Notes: a model not told the origin generated them from the letters alone. A stretch of DNA of 64,000 nucleotides from an uncultured bacterium (GCA_963834265.1 CAWIAU010000002.1:11929-75928), one strand, 5' to 3'; numbered from the stretch's first letter, positions 47,750 to 57,075 are shown. Made by a program: numbers and translations.

Positions 47750-48316
47750 TTAATTTGGATTCTTTACTATCCCATAGTTCTCTTCGACATTTTCATCTTG
47801 ACACTCTTCTGATATCTGACTAGGTACTTTGTAAGTATTCGCATCCTTGCATGGTAAAGCTACTTGGCCGGCAAAAATTTTTTTCCAGCTCTCATCTTCA
47901 TTTTTCCATATATGCGCGGCGCCGGTACACTCGCTAATTCCACCAGAAGCGAATTTATCTTTGTATATTTTGTTAACCGTTACGGTTAATGGTTGGCCAC
48001 ATACATCTGAAGCCTTTGGCACTTCTGGGACCAGACTGGCGATAAACTTCTTAAATGATTCGCTTGCACCACTTAATTTATTTACTTCAGACATTTTAGT
48101 TACTGAGACTCCTGTCGGGCTATAATCAATAAGATCTGGTCGCTTTTCTTCTTTGGAATTTTCTTCCATCTTTTGAGTTGATTGTGAGCTTAGAGTCGAT
48201 TCTTTTTTATCTTTGTTGGCGTTAACTACATAGAACCCTACACCTCCGATCAGTGTCAAAGCAATTATTATTAAAACAGCCTCAATTAATGCAAAACCTT
48301 GTTCATTTTTCTTCAT
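47750..48316 (-). CDS. Type IV pilin-like protein (prepilin-type N-terminus)
   Basis: 188 aa. MKKNEQG|FALIEAVLIIIALTLIGG is a class III signal with Glu5. An S/K/E-rich linker precedes a globular domain with 4 Cys. Confidence 0.7.
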   Translation of the reverse strand: MKKNEQGFALIEAVLIIIALTLIGGVGFYVVNANKDKKESTLSSQSTQKMEENSKEEKRPDLIDYSPTGVSVTKMSEVNKLSGASESFKKFIASLVPEVPKASDVCGQPLTVTVNKIYKDKFASGGISECTGAAHIWKNEDESWKKIFAGQVALPCKDANTYKVPSQISEECQDENVEENYGIVKNPN

Positions 48317-48354
48317 TTCAGGATCCTTCGGTTATATTGCTTGTGATTATAGAT

Positions 48355-48981
48355 TTACTTTAGTGTATCCACAAGTGCATTATAAGCGGCTTGGGGATCT
48401 TTGGCTTTTTGGATGAATCCGCCGACGTTTAGGACTTCTATGCCTCCATCGGCCAATTGCTTGGCGTTTTGGTCGTTGATACCGCCATCCCAGCCGATTT
48501 CTACATCCGGATGATGCTCCTTGGCCTCCCAGGCCTTCGCCAACTGATCCAGATCGGCTTTACCTCCGAAGTGGCCTAAATGACCTCCAAAAATTAAAAG
48601 ATGATCAAAACTATTCAGAATCTGTTCTACGTTGCCAATCGGTGTTTCCGGCAGGACGCAAAGCCCGGCCAATATACCCTCTTTGTGCAGCTCTGCCGCC
48701 ATATGCATATGGTGTACATCTGCCTCGGCATGAATTATCACCATGTGCGGTTTCAGTTGGAGTAACGTCTTCAAATGATCCATCGGTCTTTTATACATCA
48801 GATGCAGATCAGCTTTCACGCTATGAGGCCACCAAAGCTGCTCCAGATCAATCGACCTGGCATCTACAAATTCCCCGTCCATAAAATCAAACTGTATCCG
48901 CTTTGCAAAGCTAACACGCTTGAGCTGAACAGCAAATTCATGCTTATCCTTAGCCAAAATCGTAGGGCATACAACGCTCAT
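48355..48981 (-). CDS. Divergent ribulose-phosphate 3-epimerase-family protein
   Basis: 208 aa. Motifs: CPTILAKD, QFDFMDGEFV, ADLHLM, IIHAEA, GWDGGIN, an Rpe-like TIM-barrel pattern. 4-nt overlap with rpiB. Assignment rests on motif resemblance and context. Confidence 0.65.
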   Translation of the reverse strand: MSVVCPTILAKDKHEFAVQLKRVSFAKRIQFDFMDGEFVDARSIDLEQLWWPHSVKADLHLMYKRPMDHLKTLLQLKPHMVIIHAEADVHHMHMAAELHKEGILAGLCVLPETPIGNVEQILNSFDHLLIFGGHLGHFGGKADLDQLAKAWEAKEHHPDVEIGWDGGINDQNAKQLADGGIEVLNVGGFIQKAKDPQAAYNALVDTLK

Positions 48982-49469
48982 AACTGATCAATTTTATTTA
49001 CACGACGGGTGTGGCGTTCCGCTTCGCTGTACGGTGTTTTCAACCAGATTGTTACGGCTTTTTCAACCATAGTCTGGTCCAGAAATCGTCCGGCCAGACT
49101 AAGCATGTTGGCATGGTTATGCTGCCGGTTCAGACGTAAAATTTCAAATTTATCTTCAGTAGTATTACCGTCTGCATCAATCGCGCCGGAGGCTGTGGCA
49201 GGTCCGTAGAATACTCCGCACCTGACACCTGCGATACGATTTGCCATTATTGCTTCGCCCTGGCCGCTGCCCCCGAATATTATTCCTGCTTCGCACTCAT
49301 TATTTGCCACAGCCTGTGCTGCAGGAAATATAAAATCGGGATAATCATCCTCAGCATCGAAAGTCTGAGGTCCGAAATTAATACAATCGTGTCCCTGCGC
49401 CGTCAAAAATTCCTGCAATTGTTGTAGCTGCTGAAAGCCGGCATGGTCAGTACTGAGGGCTATTTTCAT
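48978..49469 (-). CDS. rpiB: Ribose-5-phosphate isomerase B
   Basis: 163 aa. Motifs: KIALSTDHAGF, GIIFGGSGQGEAIMANRIAGVRC. Confidence 0.92.
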   Translation of the reverse strand: MKIALSTDHAGFQQLQQLQEFLTAQGHDCINFGPQTFDAEDDYPDFIFPAAQAVANNECEAGIIFGGSGQGEAIMANRIAGVRCGVFYGPATASGAIDADGNTTEDKFEILRLNRQHNHANMLSLAGRFLDQTMVEKAVTIWLKTPYSEAERHTRRVNKIDQL

Positions 49470-49493
49470 GAATAGCTTAATTATATAGGACTT

Positions 49494-50510
49494 TCAGGAT
49501 TTATGGAGTGATTTGCCTACGTCAGCCACTACTTCTACAAGTCGGTTCGAGTAGCCCCATTCATTGTCGTACCACACGACTACCTTTGCCAGATTACCTG
49601 CTACCACATTGGTGAGCAGCAAATCTACAATGCCGGAATGACTGTTACCTATATAGTCGCTACTTACCAATGGTACGTCGCTGATATCGAGAATTCCCTG
49701 ATAAAAAGGCTCTTTTGAAGCTTTTTTTAAAATGTCATTGATTTCATCGACAGAAGTATCACGTTTGAATACTATCGTCACATCACTAAGTGACACAACT
49801 GGAGTGGGAACACGAATGCTCATGCCGTCAAATTTGCCCTTGAGCTGAGGAACGGTCAATCCTACAGCAATTGCTGCACCAGTGGTAGTCGGGACAATAT
49901 TTTCGGCAGCATTTCTGCCCTCGCGCAGATCTTTGGAAGGAGCATCCTGCAACACCTGAGAGGCAGTGTAGCTATGGATTGTGGTCAACATAGCCTTTTC
50001 GATACCAATTGCTTCGTCCAGAATCGACATAACTGCAGCAATGGAGTTGGTAGTACAGCTGGCATTACTGATAATATCCGTGGCGCCCTCCAGCTTTTCT
50101 TCGTTGGCACCGAGCACTATCGTATCAACGCCCTCACTCTTGCTGGGACCGGAGATAACCACCTTTTTGGCGCCGGCTTTCAGGTGCAGGGCAGCATCTT
50201 CCTGCTTGGTGAAGCGACCGGTAGATTCTATAACCACATCGATCTTGTGTTCGCCCCATGGCAACGCGGCAGGATCTTTTTCAGCACAAACCAGAATTTT
50301 CTTACCATCGACGCTAATGCTTGTGTCATCATGAGTAACTTCGTGTCCATATACGCCGTAATTGCTGTCATGCTTCAGCAGATGTGCCAGAGTTTTAGTA
50401 TCAGTCAGATCATTTATCGCTACAATTTCCAGATCAGACCTGTCAAAAGCAATTTTGAAGGCATTCCGTCCGATTCGCCCGAATCCATTAATCGCTACCC
50501 GTGTTTTCAT
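49494..50510 (-). CDS. gap: Type I glyceraldehyde-3-phosphate dehydrogenase
   Basis: 338 aa. Motifs: VAINGFGRIGR, SNASCTTN, WYDNEWGYS. Confidence 0.95.
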   Translation of the reverse strand: MKTRVAINGFGRIGRNAFKIAFDRSDLEIVAINDLTDTKTLAHLLKHDSNYGVYGHEVTHDDTSISVDGKKILVCAEKDPAALPWGEHKIDVVIESTGRFTKQEDAALHLKAGAKKVVISGPSKSEGVDTIVLGANEEKLEGATDIISNASCTTNSIAAVMSILDEAIGIEKAMLTTIHSYTASQVLQDAPSKDLREGRNAAENIVPTTTGAAIAVGLTVPQLKGKFDGMSIRVPTPVVSLSDVTIVFKRDTSVDEINDILKKASKEPFYQGILDISDVPLVSSDYIGNSHSGIVDLLLTNVVAGNLAKVVVWYDNEWGYSNRLVEVVADVGKSLHKS

Positions 50511-50581
50511 GTACCACCCCTTTTAATTATTTGCGAATAAAGCTGGTTATAGTATTACAACAATCACCTGTCGATACAAGC

Positions 50582-51109
50582 TTATGCTTTGTAGCGTTCT
50601 ATACACTCCCGGATTATTTCTTTGGCAGCCTCAATATCGTCCCAACCCAGAACTTTGGTACTGCCAGGTTTTTTGAGATCTTTGTAGTGGTTAAAGTGAT
50701 GCTCAATTTTTTGTTTCCATGAGCCATGCAGATCATCCAATGAGTTAATCTCGTCTCCGGTGTTACGATCATCAACCGGAGCACAAATAATCTTGTGATC
50801 CATCTCACCCTCATCTTCAAAATTAAGTATGCCGATAATTTTTGATTTGAGATATACTCCTGTTGGAACCGGCTCATTGGTCAGAACAAGTGTATCCAGC
50901 TCATCGCCGTCGCCGTCCAGAGTCTGAGGAATAAATCCGTAATTTGCAGGCTTGGCAAAAATACTTGGCTCTACACGGTCCAGCTCAAAACATGCCAGTT
51001 CGCGGTTCCACTCAATCTTGAGCGTCGACCATTTCGGAATTTCAATAATCGTATTGATAACTCCGTTGTCTACTTCCCCTGCTGTTAATATCTTATTAAA
51101 ATCAGGCAT
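50582..51109 (-). CDS. ppa: Family I inorganic pyrophosphatase
   Basis: 175 aa. Motifs: NTIIEIPK, YGFIPQT, DGDGDELDTLVL. SD AGGGGAG upstream. Confidence 0.93.
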   Translation of the reverse strand: MPDFNKILTAGEVDNGVINTIIEIPKWSTLKIEWNRELACFELDRVEPSIFAKPANYGFIPQTLDGDGDELDTLVLTNEPVPTGVYLKSKIIGILNFEDEGEMDHKIICAPVDDRNTGDEINSLDDLHGSWKQKIEHHFNHYKDLKKPGSTKVLGWDDIEAAKEIIRECIERYKA

Positions 51110-51149
51110 ACGTATATTCTCCCCTTAGACTATTTGATTCCTTATCTTA

Positions 51150-51155
51150 TATACT
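51150..51155 (+). promoter_or_regulatory. Candidate -10 box (TATACT) 7 nt upstream of the ATG at 51163
   Basis: Sequence is cttaTATACTataacaaATG. No SD. Confidence 0.3.
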
Positions 51156-51162
51156 ATAACAA

Positions 51163-51840
51163 ATGATTATAATTGCGCATCGTTGTGCTGCCGGTTTAGC
51201 ACCTGAAAATAGTTTGCTTGGCATAGAAAAAGCCATAGCGGCCGGCGCCGATTATGTAGAATGTGATGTATGGGCAACCAAAGATGGGGCTTTGGTTCTC
51301 TGCCACGACGATACTCTGCTCAGGATCAGCGGCAATCCCACCAGAATTAATGAAATAAGTCTCAAACATATTCACACTACCATTACCTACGGTGGCCAGC
51401 CTATACCTACGCTAAGTGAAGCACTGGAAAGCGCAAATAAAACTCCCCTGATTATTGAGGGCAAGGGGAATGGCTGGGCAGAGTCTCTGGCGAAAATACT
51501 CATGAAACATAAAGGCCCGGAACCAAAAGTTATTTCATATAATCATCGTGAACTTCTGGCTTTTAGCGATTTGATGCCGGATATAGAAGTGTATGCGAAC
51601 GAGGATCACAGACCAATTGAAGCCATACATATGGCAAAAAGGCTAAGGCTACATGGTCTGAGTTTCGCATCTACAATATATGCTCCATGGGTATACTGGC
51701 TGGCACGACGGGCTGGCCTCAAACTTATAACCTCCCCCATGAACCGGACATGGATAGTTAAGTTCTTTCATGCTTTTTATCCGCAGGCGATGATTACTAC
51801 TGATTATCCAAACCGATTCAGGCACCGTAAAAAATCTTAA
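51163..51840 (+). CDS. Glycerophosphodiester phosphodiesterase family protein
   Basis: 225 aa. Motif IIAHRCAAGLAPENSLLGIEKAIAAGADYVECDVWATKDGALVLCHD. Confidence 0.85.
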   Translation: MIIIAHRCAAGLAPENSLLGIEKAIAAGADYVECDVWATKDGALVLCHDDTLLRISGNPTRINEISLKHIHTTITYGGQPIPTLSEALESANKTPLIIEGKGNGWAESLAKILMKHKGPEPKVISYNHRELLAFSDLMPDIEVYANEDHRPIEAIHMAKRLRLHGLSFASTIYAPWVYWLARRAGLKLITSPMNRTWIVKFFHAFYPQAMITTDYPNRFRHRKKS

Positions 51841-52355
51841 ACTTCAGTTCTGTAAATCCACAAATTAAGCATCCCCCAGACGGTAACAATGGCCGCTATA
51901 AGATACTGCTGAGACAAGAACACATCAACAAAATAACACAGTGCTGCGGCCGAAATGGATAATCCTGCAGCAATGTAGTACCAGAAACCAGGCCGGTCAA
52001 CAAGTCCATTCCACACAAATCCGACCGCTTGTACGAGCAGCCAGAAGATACCCAGATATCCAACCAGTTGAGAAATTATGTCCAGTCGTACTGTGACGAT
52101 ACTTACTGCAATCCCTACAGATACAGGTATAAGCCAGGCCAGGAATATGCGCTTCATTTGAACTACTCTCAGAGGCATAATTTTATACATATATCCCAGG
52201 CCAATTGTCGATAAGATAAACCATACAAAGTTGATATTCTTGTCCTGATAATAGTGTGTAGCGATATAACCAACAGCCGTTAGTGCTGCCCAAAGCAGAT
52301 ATACCTTTGCCCGTGAATCCTGCCACAAATCTCTGAAATTAACTGTATCATCCAT
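51837..52355 (-). CDS. Hypothetical polytopic membrane protein
   Basis: 172 aa with about 5 hydrophobic segments. Convergent 4-nt overlap with the GDPD gene. Confidence 0.6.
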   Translation of the reverse strand: MDDTVNFRDLWQDSRAKVYLLWAALTAVGYIATHYYQDKNINFVWFILSTIGLGYMYKIMPLRVVQMKRIFLAWLIPVSVGIAVSIVTVRLDIISQLVGYLGIFWLLVQAVGFVWNGLVDRPGFWYYIAAGLSISAAALCYFVDVFLSQQYLIAAIVTVWGMLNLWIYRTEV

Positions 52356-52425
52356 TATATTTCTCCCGATAATAATGTTATTATACTATAGTTCATATTA
52401 TTAAGTACTTAAACATTAGCATATT

Positions 52426-53100
52426 ATGAAAGTCCTGTTTGATCATTCTGAAGAAATAGCCGGATCTATCCGTACATTCTGGTTCAGACCTGAAAAACCG
52501 GTACGCTATACGGCCGGCCAGTTTATTGAGCTCCGTATCCCTCACGACCACAAAGATAATCGCGGCGACAAACGCTGGTTCACGCTCTCCAGCTCGCCAA
52601 TCGATGAGCTGCTTTCGATTACTACCAAATTTGCTGCTGAGAACGGTAGCTCTTTTAAGCAAGCACTGGCAAGCCTGGAAGCCGGTACTGAACTCAATAT
52701 GGCAAGCCCGATGGGTGATTTTGTCCTGCCCAAAGATGGTTCCATTCCACTAACATTTGTTGCGGGCGGCATAGGTTGCACACCGTACCACAGCATGGTC
52801 AAATACCTAAAAGATAGTAGTGAATTCCGGACTATAACGGTTATATACGCGGCCAATAGCCAGGATGATATTGCTTTTATAGAAACATTTAGGGATCTTG
52901 GCAAACACTTCGTACGTGTCGTTGGTGAACGCCTGAGTGCTGACAAGATTTTGGAACTCAGCGGCAACCGCGAAGACCAATACATCTACCTGTCTGGCCC
53001 TGAACCAATGGTGGAAGCTTTGGACAAAGACCTAAAAAGCCAAGGATTCAACAAGAAATATATCCGGACAGACTTCTTCCCCGGCTACGACGAAATCTAA
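52426..53100 (+). CDS. Ferredoxin-NADP reductase-like FAD/NAD(P)-binding oxidoreductase
   Basis: 224 aa. Motifs: YTAGQFIEL, RWFTLSSSP (RxYS-type FAD motif), FVAGGIGCTPYHSM (NAD-binding), YLSGPEPMV. Confidence 0.8.
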   Translation: MKVLFDHSEEIAGSIRTFWFRPEKPVRYTAGQFIELRIPHDHKDNRGDKRWFTLSSSPIDELLSITTKFAAENGSSFKQALASLEAGTELNMASPMGDFVLPKDGSIPLTFVAGGIGCTPYHSMVKYLKDSSEFRTITVIYAANSQDDIAFIETFRDLGKHFVRVVGERLSADKILELSGNREDQYIYLSGPEPMVEALDKDLKSQGFNKKYIRTDFFPGYDEI

Positions 53101-53474
53101 AGCCGAGAAGCGCCAGCCGGTGAAAACACGAATTCTGCATCAGATTGCTGAGTATAAACACCCGGATCTTCAAAGCTTATTAACGCACAGCCAGTGTCAC
53201 CAATCGGCATGGCTGTTGCGAGAGAGCGACGACCGTCGCCTTTTGTTACTTCGCAAGAGTCCAGATCATCAGTCGAGCAAAATAGTGACATTGCTTCCAG
53301 CATTATCAAATTAGTCCTAAAGCAGCATTGTGCTCTTTGACTATGAGATAATATAGAACATTTAGTCGCTTGCCGTTTTTTGGGTTATAGTTTTTGTCGG
53401 CACAAAAATGGAACATTTTGCTACTTGGTTACAAGAAGATGTGTTTGGTTCTCAACCAGTAGAGTATAAAAAAT

Positions 53475-53930
53475 TTATCTGGTAATCTTGTAGTCTTTAC
53501 CTTCTGTATATACCACCACAAGGATATTTATTTTCGGATTGTAGTGATCGTGAAAATAAAATGACCCTTCCTCGTTCAGACTCACTTCCCAGGCCTCATC
53601 TCCTTTAAAGTCTCCCGATTGGAATTTTTTATTATCGTGCTCGTGTGCATCACCACCTTTGCCAAGACTTAGGCTATGAGTTTTACCATCCGCACTATTG
53701 AACCTTATAGTTGAGCCCGTTTTAGCCGTAAGCGTATCGGGCTGGGCTCCTGTTTCGGTAAGACTTACGCAGGCACTTACCTCGCATATAGCAGCTGATT
53801 CCCGATTAACTACTGGTTTATCCTGCCGAATACTGAGAGCAAATACAGAGGCAAATCCAACCAGACCGAAAACTATAGCAATTAAAATCGGTTGCTTTAA
53901 AAAATTTGTTGATGCTTTGGATTTTTTCAC
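53475..53930 (-). CDS. Cupredoxin-like paralog lacking the type-1 copper Cys/His/Met ligands
   Basis: 151 aa with an N-terminal TM. It aligns to the neighbouring cupredoxin (TLTAKTGSTIRFNSADGKTHSL; GSFYFHDHYNPKINILVVV) but has D/N/I where the neighbour has C/H/M. Confidence 0.6.
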   Translation of the reverse strand: MKKSKASTNFLKQPILIAIVFGLVGFASVFALSIRQDKPVVNRESAAICEVSACVSLTETGAQPDTLTAKTGSTIRFNSADGKTHSLSLGKGGDAHEHDNKKFQSGDFKGDEAWEVSLNEEGSFYFHDHYNPKINILVVVYTEGKDYKITR

Positions 53931-54400
53931 TCAACAACCTCGACAGCCGCTTTCATATACGGATGTGGCGAGCAGTTGTAAGAGTAGATTCCAGCCTTAT
54001 TGAACGTGAAGCTATAGGACTCGCCTTTTGCCAGCAGTTCGCTACCCGTAAAATCAGGACTTTCGACGTCTGGCGTAATGTCATGCTTGGCTTTGTCCTG
54101 GTTGGTCCAAGTAACTTTGGTACCTTTTTTGACGGTTATTTTCTTTTGGGTGAAGTCAAAGTTCTTAATTTCAACCTGGTCTGTCTGTTCGGCTTTTGCA
54201 GCGCCCCCGGATTCCTTGTGGTTGCCGTTTGCCGCGTCTTCCCCTTCGTGCGTAGAGGACTTGCTCGTGTTTGTCGCACTGCCAGAGGAGCTCTTTGAGT
54301 TATCCTTATTGTTCATAAATACTAAGCCGCCTATCAAAACAACTGCGATTAAACCTACTCCGATACCTAAGATATTTTTTGACATATTAGCTACTCCCAT
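53927..54400 (-). CDS. Blue (type 1) copper protein, plastocyanin/amicyanin-like cupredoxin
   Basis: 157 aa with an N-terminal TM. KKGTKVTWTNQDKAKHDI and GIYSYNCSPHPYMKAAVEVV supply the His, Cys, His and Met ligands. Confidence 0.85.
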   Translation of the reverse strand: MGVANMSKNILGIGVGLIAVVLIGGLVFMNNKDNSKSSSGSATNTSKSSTHEGEDAANGNHKESGGAAKAEQTDQVEIKNFDFTQKKITVKKGTKVTWTNQDKAKHDITPDVESPDFTGSELLAKGESYSFTFNKAGIYSYNCSPHPYMKAAVEVVE

Positions 54401-54522
54401 TTACCAGTTATTGTTACTCGTATACTCTTTAGTATAGCAGTTGGGGTTAATCGTTTATAAAGGTCAAGAGGAGCGCCGTAATATGAACGCTCCTCTGACT
54501 GTTTGCCCAATATATTTTAGAA

Positions 54523-55218
54523 CTAGTCTTTAAATTTATCAGGGCTTTGCTTAACGATGGCACCGGCCAAAGTATCTGCAATTTTGCCTGTGATTTGATC
54601 ACGAGCTTCCTGCTGTGCTGCGTAGCTGGCAGCGTAGTCGCCTGCACCGTGCTTATCAACAGCGTTTTTTAGTAAGCCAACGTGTTCAGTGACCAGACTG
54701 GCAACTGCTGCCTTAGGAAGACCTGTGGCTCCACCAAGCAAGTCAGAAATAGCTTCTACGTATCCGTTGAGATCAGATACTGCTTTGTCCATTCCTGCTT
54801 TGTCGCCACCCTTAGCAGCTACAGTGTAATTAACAAAAAAGGTAATGTGACTGCGCCAGATTTCCAAGAACCTAGCTTCTGCTTCCGGACCATAGACACT
54901 GCCAACAGCCTTTGAAAGGGCTACGGAATTATTGTCTAGAGCTTGTCCAGCTGCTGGGAACATTGGGCTGCCGTCAAAGCCGGCACGTGTTGCTGCTGAT
55001 GCCAGATCAACGTGCTGTGCTTCAAGACTGTTTAATGCTACCCGTAGATTAGCTGCTTTTGTGTCTGTTACTGGAGACTGGCTAGACGTGTTGGTTTTCG
55101 TGCCACCGTTAGAACCTTTATCTTCATTTCCACTGCCGAGCGCGAAGCCCGCGCCGCCGCCGATAAGTAATGCCACAATGGCTACTATCATGGCTGTTGA
55201 TTTTGCTGAACTTTCCAT
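54523..55218 (-). CDS. Hypothetical membrane-anchored/secreted helical protein
   Basis: 231 aa. N-terminal TM (AMIVAIVALLIGGGAGFALG), an S/T/G/N linker, and an A/L/K-rich helical domain with scattered His. First gene after marR on the same strand. Confidence 0.6.
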   Translation of the reverse strand: MESSAKSTAMIVAIVALLIGGGAGFALGSGNEDKGSNGGTKTNTSSQSPVTDTKAANLRVALNSLEAQHVDLASAATRAGFDGSPMFPAAGQALDNNSVALSKAVGSVYGPEAEARFLEIWRSHITFFVNYTVAAKGGDKAGMDKAVSDLNGYVEAISDLLGGATGLPKAAVASLVTEHVGLLKNAVDKHGAGDYAASYAAQQEARDQITGKIADTLAGAIVKQSPDKFKD

Positions 55219-55364
55219 ACTTATTTCTCCTTATTTACCTAACTTAACTTTAACACTAATTAGTATAAATAATTCATTTCATAAAGTAAAGTATATTATT
55301 ATAAATTGCATATACTACAACGATTTTCAGATGTTATTCAGTTTGAAAGAAAATTTCGCAGGAC

Positions 55365-55802
55365 TTATTTTACTCCCAATTGCTCAACGGTTTGCAAATA
55401 CGTTGCCAGCTGTTCACGTGGAATGTCGCTTAGCCACTTTCTCAACGCCTTTCTCATACTAATTTCAATTTTTTCAAGCAGTTTGCTTCCTTTGCGAGTT
55501 ATCTGCACATACCGAGTCCGGCGGTCTTTTTGGGAAATTTTTTGTGTTATTAAAGAAGCTTCATTCATGGTGGTAACAAGTGCAGTTACTTGGCTCAGAC
55601 GAATATCAAGCAAGCCTGCCAGCTCTCCCATAGTATGGCCGTGAGTTGACTTAGACGGCTGCTCGACGCTGGCTAGCAGCAGCCACTCCATACGGGTAAG
55701 TTTGAACGATTCAAGGTGTGAAGATACTAAATATTTTAAAACCCGCTCCGCTTTGGAGTGAAGCAGGCAAGCTTGGTACATAGTTACTCTGGATAGATCC
55801 AT
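55365..55802 (-). CDS. MarR-family transcriptional regulator
   Basis: 145 aa. Winged-HTH pattern: LTRMEWLLLASV...GELAGLLDIRLSQVTALVTTMNEASLITQKISQKDRRTRYVQITRKG. Confidence 0.85.
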   Translation of the reverse strand: MDLSRVTMYQACLLHSKAERVLKYLVSSHLESFKLTRMEWLLLASVEQPSKSTHGHTMGELAGLLDIRLSQVTALVTTMNEASLITQKISQKDRRTRYVQITRKGSKLLEKIEISMRKALRKWLSDIPREQLATYLQTVEQLGVK

Positions 55803-55866
55803 GCAAACAGTATATCAAATTAGTTCAGTTCGTAAAATAATATTATGATAAATAGATTTTAATTGC

Positions 55867-56811
55867 TCAATTACGTTCGAGGTCTTCCAGATATTTGCGC
55901 ATCATGAGAGCCGCTGTTGCTCCCTCACCCACTGCGCTGGCTATCTGCATTGTTGCCCCGGATCTGACATCTCCGGCAGCAAATATGCCAGGCACTGCCG
56001 TCTGAAGTGCAATGTCAGTTTTGATAAGTCCCAGCTCATCAAATTCCACACCGCTGCCAGTCAGAAATTCAGTATTTGGTTTGAGGCCGATAAAGATAAA
56101 TACGCCGTCAGTTTCGATATCTACAGATTCTTTACCATTTAAGGTGCCGGCTACACTTGTTACCTTATTGTCAGTCGCCTTTACTTCATCGGTGGTTGTA
56201 TTGTAATGAACCGAGATTTTATCAGCGTGTTTGATAAGTTCTTTCTGCAGAACATCAGATGCGCGCATCTTCGGTCCACGTACCAGCATGTCAATATGAC
56301 TCGCATATCTGGTCAGAAATAATGCTTCCTGGGCTGCAGAGTTACCGCCGCCAACCACTACAAGACGTTTATCACGATAAAATGCGCCATCGCAGGTAGC
56401 ACAGAAATGTACTCCCCGGCCATAATATTCGTTTTCGCCGGGGATTCCCAGCTTTTTGTAATCACTGCCCGTCGCAATCAGCACAGCCCGGGCTAGCATG
56501 GGTCCGCTGGATGTCTCGAGATTAATCAATCCGTCCTTAACACGCTTTAAGCTCATGACTTCTCCCAACTCAATGATCGCACCGAATCGTTCTGCCTGCA
56601 TACGTAATTTATCACCGAGTTCCATTCCGGCTACTCCATCCGGAAAACCCGGATAATTATCAACCCAGTCAGTTATAGAAGCCAGTCCCCCGATTACGCC
56701 CTTTTCGAATAGCAATGTCTCAATATCTTCTCGTGTGGTATAGACTGCCGCAGCCAAAGCCGTTGGCCCGGCACCCACCATAATAACTTCATGGACTTTG
56801 TTCTCAGTCAT
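55867..56811 (-). CDS. trxB: Thioredoxin-disulfide reductase
   Basis: 314 aa. Motifs: GAGPTALAAAVY, redox-active CATCDG, GGGNSAAQEA, GIFAAGD. Confidence 0.93.
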   Translation of the reverse strand: MTENKVHEVIMVGAGPTALAAAVYTTREDIETLLFEKGVIGGLASITDWVDNYPGFPDGVAGMELGDKLRMQAERFGAIIELGEVMSLKRVKDGLINLETSSGPMLARAVLIATGSDYKKLGIPGENEYYGRGVHFCATCDGAFYRDKRLVVVGGGNSAAQEALFLTRYASHIDMLVRGPKMRASDVLQKELIKHADKISVHYNTTTDEVKATDNKVTSVAGTLNGKESVDIETDGVFIFIGLKPNTEFLTGSGVEFDELGLIKTDIALQTAVPGIFAAGDVRSGATMQIASAVGEGATAALMMRKYLEDLERN

Positions 56812-56820
56812 ATATAGACC

Positions 56821-57075
56821 TTAGGAGACGGCGGGAGCAAGTTTAGCCAGATTATAACCTACGATAACTTCTTTTGTGTCATCATGTTTCGTAACAACTG
56901 TTACCGGCACTGCCAACTGGCCGGTCAGTTCAAAGGCTTCCTTCTGTCGTTCCGGATGTACGTCCAGATTGACTTCTTCGTATGTCATATCTTTGGATTG
57001 CAACCAGCGCTTCACCATCACGCAGTAGGCACAGGTATTGGTAGTAAAGATTGTTATATTTTTGACCATTATCAC
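56821..57075 (-). CDS. Glutaredoxin-like / NrdH-type small redoxin
   Basis: 84 aa. ITIFTTNTCAYCVMVKRWL contains a CxxC motif; thioredoxin-fold size. 9-nt gap to trxB. Confidence 0.8.
   Translation of the reverse strand: MIMVKNITIFTTNTCAYCVMVKRWLQSKDMTYEEVNLDVHPERQKEAFELTGQLAVPVTVVTKHDDTKEVIVGYNLAKLAPAVS

Noticed and set aside
53097-53314. Calling either the 70-aa minus ORF or the 64-aa plus ORF as a gene
   Set aside because: They are mutually exclusive and lack start signals and motifs. The region is reported as an unexplained region instead.
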